A stretch of 64,000 bases of DNA from Macrostomum lignano (lineage: Eukaryota): the NCBI GenBank assembly GCA_002269645.1, contig NIVC01002578.1, positions 62,001 to 126,000 on the forward strand, read 5' to 3'. Of this stretch, positions 54,748 through 64,000 are shown one piece after another. Both the position numbers and the translations under genes were made by a program. Under the pieces are notes generated by a model. That model made no database searches. It had not been told where the DNA came from and worked only from the letters and a program-made list of their open reading frames with translations. The number at the start of each line of letters is the position of its first letter. Position 1 is the first letter of the stretch.

Positions 54748-55789
54748 ATGTCTCACCTACTAGCAAACGCCTCAGCCTACCTGAAACCTGCCGCATTTGT
54801 GATCGCGCCACACCTTGGCGGCGCATTCGGCGCTATTGTCACTCGCAATGAGATCCCGGTCTGGTACCGTCGGATCAACAAACCGCCGTGGACGCCGCCA
54901 AACTGGGTGTTCGGGCCTATGTGGTCGTTTTTGTACACGAGTATTGGCTACTCAAGCTGGCTTATTTACAAAGAGCTCGGACTGCAGAATAAGCCAATGT
55001 ACCTGTTTGGTGCTCAGCTGGCTCTTAACTGGGCCTGGTCACCGCTCTTCTTTGGGGCGCACAGGTCTGTCAGATGCTGGCAACTTTAAACTAAACATTG
55101 TTATCAGTCTAGTTTTCTGCTGTCTGTCTCCCCGTGTGGACTATCTCTCCATCTCCCTCTGTGATCTCTCTCCTTTCTCCCATTAACTGTCTCCCACTCC
55201 CTTCTCCCTGTCTCCCTCTCCCTATCCCCTTCTCCCATCTCCCTGTCTCCCTCTCCCTATCCAATCTACTTGTCTCCCTCTCCCTGTCTCCCTCTCCCTT
55301 TCTCCCTCTCTCTGTCTCCCTCTCCCATCTACCTGTCTCCCTCTCCCTGTCTCCGTCTCCCTGTCTCCCTCTCCCATCTACCTGTCTCCCTCTCCCTGTC
55401 TCCGTCTCCCTGTCTCCCTCTCCCTGTCTCCCTCTCCCATCTCCCTCTCCCTTTCTCCCTCTTCTTTCACTCCTGGCTTCCTGTTCTATCTTCTCCAATC
55501 TCCCCTAGACAGTTTAATCAGTCAAAAAGCAACAGATTAATTTCCACCTGCAGCACCATTTATTCCGCCATTTTTTTCGCTTTTAACATTCGCCAACAGA
55601 GTTGGCCTGTCGGTCATTGACATGGTTGGCATGCTGGGCCTCGCGGCCCTGTGCGCCAACGAGTTCCGGCCGGTAAGTCAGACAGCCTTCCGTCTCATGC
55701 TGCCCTACCTGGGCTGGCTTAGCCTGGCCCTGTCAATCAATGTCTACGTTTGGCTGAACAACGATTCCAAGACTCTCCGAGGGGATTGA
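54748..55789 (+). CDS. TSPO: Translocator protein (TspO/MBR family), paralog 2, 168 aa
   Basis: Exons 54748-55064 (AG|GTCTGT) and 55600-55789. Motifs WYRRINKPPWTPPNWVFGPMWSFLY, QLALNWAWSPLFFGAHR|VGLSVIDM, RLMLPYLGWLSLALSIN. Exon 2 has no ATG-initiated entry in the ORF track. Confidence 0.95.
55140..55505. repeat. CT-rich low-complexity repeat, TSPO-2 intron
   Basis: Read directly. Confidence 0.9.
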
Positions 55790-56224
55790 GCTTAGAGACA
55801 GCAAGCACTTGTGACACCTTGTTTATTGGCAATTCACCTATTCACCCTTGATCTATTTCATTAAGTTTTTAGTTTGACAATCTTGTCCCAGATTTATTGT
55901 AGTTGCAAGTTTAACTTTGAATACCAATTATTAAATGAGTGCCTTATTATTTTCGATAATTTGCTGTTGCTGTGCGTTTCGTAAGAATTTTTCATTTGCA
56001 CAAAATGGTGCAATTCGATTTTGTTCCGCTTTTCGAATTTCGATTTTCGTGATTTGCCACGGCTCGTGAGACAAGTTTTAGTGCAAAACAAAAATAGTGT
56101 ACTATTCTATACTTTAGAAATATTTCGACACAATTGTTTCCCAACGTTTTTCTATCTGTTTCTTGCTTCTTTTAAATTGCTTTCTTGGTCTTTATCGCTA
56201 TAAATGGGGCTATACAGTTCCTTT

Positions 56225-56790
56225 TTAGGTTGTTAAAATCGCGTCGTTCGTTGTTAGGATCTCCATTTGGTTGTTAAAATCGCCCTTTTGGTTGTTAAAA
56301 CCGCCCTTTTGGTTGTTAGAATCGCCCTTTTAGTTGTTAAAATCGCCCTTTTGGTTGTTAGAATCGCCCTTTTGGTTGTTAGAATCGCCCTTTTAAATGT
56401 TAGAATCGCCATTTTGGTTGTTAGAATCACCCTTTTGGCTGTTAAAATCGCCCTTTTGGTTGTTAAAATCGCCCTTTTGGTTGTTAGAATCGCCCTTTTG
56501 GTTGTTAGAATCGCCCTTTGGGTTGTTAGAATCGCCCTTTTGGTTGTTAGAATAGCCCTTTTGGTTGTTAGAATCGCCCTTTGGGTTGTTAGAATCGCCC
56601 TTTTGGTTGTTAGAATAGCCCTTTTGGTTGTTAAAATAGCCCTTTTGGTTGTTAGAATCGCCCTTTTGGTTGTTAGAATAGCCCTTTTGGTTGTTAAAAT
56701 AGCCCTTTTGGTTGTTAGAATCGCCCTTTTGGTTGTTAGAATCGCCCTTTTGGTTGTTAGAATCGCCCTTTGGGTTGTTAGAATCGCCTT
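56225..56790. repeat. 21-bp minisatellite TTTTGGTTGTTAGAATCGCCC, about 27 copies, upstream of TSPO-3
   Basis: Read directly. Confidence 0.95.
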
Positions 56791-56883
56791 CCTAGTGCCC
56801 TTGGCTGGAATTTCACGGAAGTCGATCGCCTTAAAAACATCCTTGTAAAGAATAGTTCAGCCAGTTCGTGAACCTCTCATTCC

Positions 56884-56892
56884 AGCCAATCA
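56884..56892 (+). promoter_or_regulatory. Possible CCAAT box (AGCCAATCA) about 25 nt upstream of the TSPO-3 ATG
   Basis: Matches the NF-Y consensus RRCCAATCA; function untested. Confidence 0.3.
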
Positions 56893-56913
56893 GCCCCTTG
56901 CCACGTAACCGAA

Positions 56914-58751
56914 ATGTCGCCAATCTCTGACTACTTGAAACCGGCCGCCTTTGTTCTGCTGCCTCACGTCGGTGGCATCGGAGGAGCCATAATTACGCGC
57001 TCGCAGATCCCGGTCTGGTATAGCAACTTGGTCCGCGCACCCTGGAATCCACCAAAATGGGTATTCGGACCCGTGTGGACCAGCCTGTACACTGGCATGG
57101 GCTACGCTAGCTGGCTAGTGTACAAAGAGGCCGGACTCAAGAGTACACCTATGTACTTGTACGGTGCTCAGCTGGCTCTTAATTGGGCTTGGACGCCTAT
57201 GTTTTTCGGCGCTCACAAGCAAGTGGATTGATTTTATAATAATTTAATCCACTAATTCGCTAATGTATTTAGCGGCCGTCTCCGAGGCCCCGAAAACCCT
57301 GGGGTTTGGGCCGCAGACACCAGCTGCTACTAATGTCTTGATGGCAGCCGACAGTAGAAGCTATATAGTCTATGGTCTTAACCCGGGGGTTTCGCGCTGC
57401 GTCTGAGGCGGCTTGAGAGGCCCATCTAGGTAATAAAGCATTTTCCTAGCTAATTGAGCCTAGGAGCAAGCAATTTAAGCCTTATTGGGGGAATCAAGCT
57501 ATTGAAGACTTGCTTTTCATTGTCGATGACCCAAAAGGGGGTCTATGGAGCAACCAATTTGAGAATCTGGGCGCGCAATTAATCCCTTTTCACAGTGCTC
57601 GTATATCCTTCACGAATAACTTCACTGAAATAACGTCTGCAAATAGATGGCATATCAAAAAAATGATTGAAATTAACACTGATTTCAGAGAAACCAATCA
57701 AAACAGGCAAAGGCAAAACCATGGCATTCAATATAAGCTGAGAACAATCGTGTCTCTCAGGATGCTCATCCACTGCATCTTGGGCTGTAGCAAAACTATC
57801 GTCACTGCTCTGCTCGCTAAATTCTTCGTCTGCCATATCCATGTTTGTCTAATGAAATCTGTTTTTTTTCTATGGTTTAAGGCTTGCATAACTGTGGAAA
57901 GGATTAAAAGCGCCCAGATTCTCAAATTGGCTGCTCCATAGACCCCCTTTCGGGCCATAGACAATGAAAAGCAAGTCTTCAATAGCTTGATTTTCCCACT
58001 AGGGGTTGAGTCGCTTGCTCCTAGGCTCAATTGGCTTGAAAAATGCTATATAATCTGTGCATTTGGGTTTACACGCACAGAATTTAATTCAAGATATGTT
58101 TGCCATAGCAATGGAGCTTTTGTCTATGGTCCATTCGGTTCATAGCGGCTCTATAGATTCACCCCAAGATTTTCATTTAAACATAATTAAGTCATGCTAA
58201 AAAGCTCTTTTTGTTTTTCTTATAGTTGAGCTGATTGCATCTTTGACGTCACTTTGTTTGTACATTGAAATTTGATAAAATTAATTGGATTACACAGGTG
58301 TAACTCATGAATGATTGGGCTACCTTGCTACCATAGACAAAAGCTCCATTACTTTCTCTCATCTCTTTAGTGTACTTTTTATGGACTGTGTGCGTACGTA
58401 ATTGACGATGACTGCTTCGCCTTCACACTCGCTAGCAAGCCTTATTTGAAAATGACACATCACCTTATTTTAATGTAAGCGACCTTGAAAGTTGATCATC
58501 TTCACGACTTTTCACTTCACTAAAACCGCAGGGTTGGCCTCGCCTGCCTGGACCTGCTGGCAACCCTCGGCCTTGTTGTCGCCTGCGCTAAGGAATTCTC
58601 GTCGGTGAACCAGACAGCCGGCCGTCTCATGCTGCCCTACATTGGCTGGCTGTGCCTGGCTGCTACCCTCAACATCTACATCTGGTTCTACAACGACTCG
58701 CGCACCCTTAGCGGCGAAGGTGCCTCCCAGCAGGCCAAGTCGAAGAAGTAA
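56914..58751 (+). CDS. TSPO: Translocator protein (TspO/MBR family), paralog 3, 174 aa, with a GC-AG intron
   Basis: Exons 56914-57218 (AA|GCAAGT) and 58532-58751. Motifs WYSNLVRAPWNPPKWVFGPVWTSLY, QLALNWAWTPMFFGAHK|VGLACLDL, RLMLPYIGWLCLAATLN. Confidence 0.93.
57274..57412. mobile_element. Short imperfect inverted-repeat element, in the TSPO-3 intron
   Basis: GCCGTCTCCGA...CGAAAACCCTGGGG pairs imperfectly with ACCCGGGGGTTTCG...TCTGAGGCGGC. Confidence 0.45.
57437..58047. mobile_element. MITE-like element with about 160-bp imperfect terminal inverted repeats, in the TSPO-3 intron
   Basis: 57437-57596 (AGCATTTTCCTAGCTAATTGAGCCTAGGAGCAAGC...GAATCAAGCTATTGAAGACTTGCTTTTCATTGTC...CCAATTTGAGAATCTGGGCGC) is the reverse complement of 57891-58047. 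No clear TSD. Confidence 0.85.
58107..58353. mobile_element. Small MITE-like element with about 24-bp TIRs, in the TSPO-3 intron
   Basis: AGCAATGGAGCTTTTGTCTATGGT (58107-58130) pairs with ACCATAGACAAAAGCTCCATTACT (58330-58353), one mismatch. Confidence 0.7.
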
Positions 58752-59239
58752 CTGAAAAAATTGACAAGAAAGAACTTACTGCACTGTTTCCCTAGCTAAT
58801 ATGTAGTTTTTGAATAGTGTAATTTTTCAATGTTTACTAATATTTACTAATGTTTACTAATATTTAAGCAGGAAATTTATAGGTAGCTAAATATATATTA
58901 CAGATCTCGGCTACATACAGAATCTTATAAATGCCTGCGCATTGTTTCTTTTTTGCAACACGTTTATTCAGCTAAACTGAGCCTGAGGTTTAATATTTAA
59001 TACAAATTGATCATTTTTCTAGTATGTATTGCTGTTAAATTTTATATACAAGCGTACAGTGCCGATTATAATTGATTATTAATCTTAAATAATTGTTTAT
59101 TAGTGATTTTCAAGAAAAAATATAGACACTTCCAACTGTATTCCTAAAACTGTGTGACATTTTTATATCAAATTTGTTTACTGATGAACTTAAAATTGTT
59201 TTTTATTTATTGTCTCTAGCCTTAATTAAAGGTAGTGCG

Positions 59240-60085
59240 TTTCCGGGGGATGCAGTGGGTCTTCAGGAGATGCAGTGAGTCTTCAGGAGATGCAGTGAGT
59301 CTTCAGGAGATGCAGTGGGTCTTCAGGAGATGCAGTGTGTCTTCAGGAGATGCAGTGGGTCTTCAGGAGATGCAGTGTGTCTTCAGGAGATGCAGTGGGT
59401 CTTCAGGAGATGCAGTGTGTCTTCAGGAGATGCAGTGGGTCTTCAGGAGATGCAGTGGGTCCTCAGGAGATGCGGTGGGTTTTCTGGGGATGCAGTCAGT
59501 CTTCAGGAGATGCAGTGGGTCTTCAGAAGATGCGGTGGGTTTTTGGGAGATGCGGTGGGTTTTCGGGAGATGCAGTGGATCTTCAGGGGATGCAGTCAGT
59601 CTTCAGGAGATGCGGTAGGTTTTCAGATGTAGTGTGCCTTCAGGGCCTGCAGTGGGTTCAGGGACTGTAGTGGGTCTTCAGGAGATGCGGTGGGTTTTCG
59701 GGAGATGCAGTGGGTCTTCAGGAGATGCAGTGGGTCTTCAGGAGATGCGGTAGGTTTTCGGGAGATGCGGTGGGTCTTCAGGAGATGCGGTGGGTTTTCG
59801 GGAGATGCAGTGGATCTTCAGGGGATGCAGTGGGTCTTCAGGAAATGCGGTAGGTTTTCGGGAGATGCAGTGGGTCTTCAGGGAATGCAGTCAGTCTTCA
59901 GGAGATGCGGTAGGTTTTCAGATGTAGTGCGCCTTCAGGGCCTGCAGTGGGTTCAGGGACTGTAGTGGGTCTTCAGGAGATGTAGCGGACCTTCACGGGA
60001 TGCAGTGGGTCTTCAGGGGATGCGTTGGGTTTTCTGGAGATGTAGTGGGTCCTCAGGGGACGCAGTGGGTCTTCAAGGGATGCAG
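59240..60085. repeat. 20-bp minisatellite GTGGGTCTTCAGGAGATGCA, about 42 copies
   Basis: Read directly. Confidence 0.95.
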
Positions 60086-60789
60086 TGGGTCGTCAGAGAA
60101 GCAGCTTGTATTTTAAAGCATATTATTGTTCGAAAGTTACCAGAAATAATCTACATGCAGCTCGATCACCCAAAAGTAACATAGGGTGCATAGATTGTGA
60201 TTTGCACTATACACAATATATAAAATCTTATCTCGAATTTCAACTTTCAAACCCAAGGTTGCAACAGGGCAGCTGCATGTAGATAGAGATTAGCCATTTC
60301 TAAGTCAGGTGTTACTGCCCAACTGCAGCACTTTCATTTTAGCTGTGCCTTGATTATCCGTGCCGAACTCTTTTGATCCTTGGGTGGGGTTAAATTCCAT
60401 GCTGCTCTGACGCTATCTATAACTGACCATTTTACCTTAAGAGAAGACATAGAGAGAGAGATTCCACTGCGTCCAAGTCTGTAGCGTTGCAACTACGTTT
60501 TTAGATAAAGCTTACTGCAAAAATCATTTTCAATAAGTGTCATTTGAGTGCACACAACTAGAAGCATATTTTATCAGGTTTTGGCAACTCTGGAAATTTA
60601 GCAGATGCGAAATTGTTTCTCTGGCTTAGATACGAGTAGTTAGAAATATGGCTCTGGTTATACCTGGGTAAATACAGTAAGTAGTAAGTTGAGTCTAATT
60701 GAAATCCTGCAAACTCCAAGTGTGCAGGATTTCCCGCATACTGACGCAGATCGACGCATCCCAGGGGTTAGAAAAATTGGGGCGTACCC

Positions 60790-61135
60790 CTCTTGGGGGG
60801 GGACAGCTTTAGGGGACTTTGGTTTGGACATGTGGGGTCCAGCTCAGACTGCAGCGGTTTGCCCAACGCTCGGCATGGTGGTTGAAGGCTTGGAGGAGGT
60901 CTCATAGGACCGCGGTTGATGGTTCAGCCATAGGGGTGGTAACAGCGTCCGTATAGCGGACCTTCTGTACCGGGTCAGGACACGGGCTGCTGAGCAAATC
61001 TTCCATGACCACGTTCTAGAGAATTGGGCTGAGGACTCCACCTTGCGGTCCACCTTTCTGGGCCTCCACATACCAGGAGTGCCCAAGGACGTGCAAGGTG
61101 GTAGTCCGATGAGAGACCATCCCATATAGCAAAAT
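60790..61135 (-). mobile_element. Second, short RT fragment of a related non-LTR element
   Basis: Minus-strand translation YGMVSHRTTTLHVLGHSWYVEAQKGGPQGGVLSPIL*NVVMEDLL...KVRYTDAV...VL*DLLQAFNHHAERWA. It parallels the RT region at about 63000-63290 and has in-frame stops. Confidence 0.8.
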
Positions 61136-61341
61136 TACGTTGCCAATAGAAAGTTAGACGTCTTCAATACGTATTTTTTAGGTCGATGAACGTCCGCGAG
61201 ATGTATCCAATGCATTTATGATCCTCCAAGAAGCTGGTTTCTGCAAAAAATGAGAATAAATAATGTTTCTATTACTATTTATTACTCGTGTGAGACAGTG
61301 GCTTGCAACCGAAGACAATGGCGCTCAATTCAACGCAGTGG

Positions 61342-64000
61342 CTTTGACTTATTTGACTTAGCTGCAGTGTGGTCCGTAGACACAGTAGGGAGGCGAGGTT
61401 TGCCCATTCCGCTAGCCCCTGAAGGCCCGCAGACAGGCAGAGGCGTGGGGCCGGTCAGGGTGGTCCGCCGGTCCGTCCTGCCGCATAATCTTTCGTAGGG
61501 AAAAAAGTGGCTCGTCTTGTCGCCCGAAGAAACTGGATGAGCCGTGGGATACTGTCGGGCCGGGTCAATAGACGGGTTCGACCCGAGATAGCGCAGCCGG
61601 TCTCTGGTAAAGAAAGGGCAGTGACAAACAAAGTGCAGAGCATCTTCATGGTCGTATTCGCAAAAAGGGCAAATTTCACTATTGAGGTCACCTCAGAGGA
61701 AGAAGTGCCTGGCGAGGTAGCCATGGCTGGTAAGGGTCATGACGAGGGTGCGATTATCCATCTGGTTTTGGTTCATAACGACGTTCCTGAGCCTGCAAGA
61801 GGGGCACGGAACCACGGCTCGTGATTGCCCGGCAGTTCTGGGTGCCTGCCCATCTGTCCATGTGAAGGGAATCAGCCTAGTCATCGATCTGACGATTGAT
61901 GACCGTAGAAGGGATACGCTCGTAGGGACCACGGGCTCAGGGCCTAGGAAGGAGGGTGTCTGCCAACTAAATGTACTTCCCGGGAACCCTGCGTGCCCTG
62001 GGATCCACTTCAGCATTGAAAGTATTGCTACTGGCCAGGAGGTTGAGCTCCCGAGCGCAGCCAGCGACTGTCCGGGAGTTTGTGGTGGTGTGGCAAAGGG
62101 CCTGTAAAGCCGCTTGGCTGACAGAGTTGATGACGATAGTCTCTTGTCTCGTACCCTTGGCATTCAGTTCTGCGGCGCAAGGGCTGATAGCAAGGACTTG
62201 GTTCTGGAAGACGGTAGAGAGTCTGCCAGTGTGCTGACCATGCGTGGCAATGACGCGGCCGTCGACGATGATGCAGACCCCAAATCCAGCGTAGCCGTCT
62301 TTGATGGTTCCGTCCGTGTTGCAATGGACCAGGAAATTCCAGGTGTCAGTGGCAGCATCCTTGAGGTTATGTGACTTTGTAGCGGTCAAAGAGGTTGAGA
62401 GTGCGGGGTTTACCGTCAGATAAGACGTGGAGCCCGCCACCGTCTCTCAAGTCTTTGAGGCAGAGGTCGGCGTGAGGCAGGAGTTTGCGCTTAGCCATAG
62501 CCCTATGGGGCAGGAAACGAATGCCGGCGTCAATAAGACGGCGGGCAGTCTTAGCCGCAGTTCCCTGCGAACGAAGATGTCCAGCGGGGGAATGTTGAGG
62601 AAGGCGTTGCAGAGGCGTAAGGAGCAGACGGGGGGCGCTTATGATCATGCGGCATGCGCGCCCTTGCGCTCTCCTGAGAGTCTCCAGGCAGGTCTTCATC
62701 TGCAGGGCGCTAGCCCAGATCAGGCCGCCGTACGAGATAGCAGGCCTAACCATTGCAGTGTTGGGGTTAAGCCCCCAGGTGGTGCCGACGGCCCTGTGCA
62801 GCTACGCGAGAACTGCAAGGGCACTCTTGGCTTTAGCCTGAACGTGGGTGACCAGTTCAGCCTGTGGTCCAGGGTAATCCCTAGACATTTAGTCTGCTGG
62901 CAGAAGGGGATTTCCCTTCCGTAAAGCGTGAGCGGCCGAATCTGCCACTTGGTCCTGCTGGTGAACATGATCGCTGCCGTCTTAGTCTTAGAGAGCTTTA
63001 GACTGAGCTTTAGAGCTTTAGAGATCCATTGCTCTGAATGAAATTCTGGATGAAATTCTGAAGGAGGTCCTTGACGGTGTCAGGGGACGGACCAAACACC
63101 ACTGCGGAGACATCGTCCGCATATCCTACTTTCAGAATGGGATCAGGCCGAGCATCCCGAAGGAGCTCATCAACAATATTCCAGAGAACTGGAGACAGCA
63201 CCCCAACCTTGCGGGCTACATTTGCAGACGGGGATCGTCCTCTGGTAGACCAGCGAGCTATGGCCGTGCGATGGCTGATCATGTACATGATCCTTCTGGT
63301 GAGATGTGAGTGCGTTTGCCTTTCACAGAGGGCTCTCTGGAAAGCCTCGAAGAGGACGTTATCGAAGGCGCCAATGACGTTCAGGAAGATCCCCAGAGCG
63401 AAGTCGAAGAACGGCCTTCTCTAATTTATCGACCAGGACGTGTAGCGCGCTTTCGGTGGAGCGACCCGCCTGAAAAAGTCATTCTTTAAGCTTTGAAGGG
63501 CTTAAAGGAGGTAGCTGCTCTTACGATGCGTTCCTCCGTGATGATAGAGGCAGCCAGCGCGTGACCTCCTCAAAGTGATCCGGGTGGTCAGGTTAGTCGG
63601 CTCGTTGGGAAAAACACATGGAGCATAGTATCAAGCGTTTCCCTTGAGTTATGCGTAGGCGTGCCATCGGTGCGTTTTATCGAGGAAAGCTTAGACATTT
63701 TTTGTCCAGCGTAAGCGCATTCACGACTCGTAAAATCATGGATTGCTTCATGATAGGCGGCTTGGTCTGCTGGGCTCTTGGTTTAGTTGCTCTGCGGTGG
63801 AGTCTCTTAGCTCTGCAATGGAGGTTGCCGAGCTCGGGATTCCCCCACGGCGCAGATTTTTCCCTTTACGAGTATAGGCTTTTAAAGGGCAGGATGCCTC
63901 AAAGGCGTTTATGGCGTTTATGTCAGCACAGTCGCGCACGTCGTGATCGTGGATGGTTGGACCGAATATTGATGGAACTCCTTCAGGGCGAGTCTAAAGG
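61342..64000 (-). mobile_element. Degenerate non-LTR retrotransposon (RT, RNase H, C-terminal CCHC knuckle; LOA/Lian/I-group-like), extends beyond the window
   Basis: RT: FALGIFLNVIGAFDNV...GVLSPVLWNIV...GYADDV (about 63420-63100), then KCLGITLDHRLNW and MVRPAISYG. RNase H: TDGTIKDGYAGFGV...STVFQNQVLAI...INSVSQAAL...WIPGHAGFPG (about 62320-61970). Knuckle: HGYLARHFFL*...CPFCEYDHEDALHFVCHCP (about 61730-61615). Multiple frameshifts and stops. The 3' end reads CTGCAGCTAAGTCAAATAAGTCAAAG. Confidence 0.9.

Noticed and set aside
56267-56848. 193-aa (VVRIALL)n ORF
   Set aside because: Translation of the 21-bp minisatellite.
50195-58532. TSPO intron being at the same position as a human TSPO intron
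   Set aside because: By my alignment it lies in the codon equivalent to human residue 104 (phase 2), not after W107, so it is shared only among these paralogs.
61507-62924. Plus-strand ORFs in the LINE region as independent genes
   Set aside because: They are antisense shadows of the degenerate RT/RNase H reading frames.

Overview
This is eukaryotic (invertebrate animal) genomic DNA with GT-AG and GC-AG spliced genes and a very high load of tandem repeats. The pattern is compatible with a lophotrochozoan such as a free-living flatworm, but that assignment is inference only. Genes reconstructed by reading splice sites and phases by hand: (1) the last 3 coding exons of an Rh-type ammonium transporter (+, 446-1969); (2) a tandem-C2 rabphilin/DOC2-family gene (+, about 4348-11859; C2A and C2B solid, N-terminus tentative); (3) a 28-exon, 2436-aa non-classical cadherin with 20 EC repeats, one TM and a short tail (-, 36268-14817), including one GC-AG intron; (4) three tandem, intact, diverged TSPO paralogs (+, 49879-58751), all with one intron at the same codon, the third being GC-AG and filled with MITE-like inverted repeats; (5) a dead non-LTR retrotransposon with RT, RNase H and a CCHC knuckle (-, 61342 to beyond 64000), plus a second RT fragment. 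Almost every long intron or spacer carries its own distinct micro- or minisatellite. The 39-49 kb spacer contains three about 3.2-3.3-kb-spaced tRNA-Ser-like Pol III heads, each followed by a different satellite. Most long ORFs in the supplied track come from repeats. No database searches were possible, so novelty statements are hypotheses.
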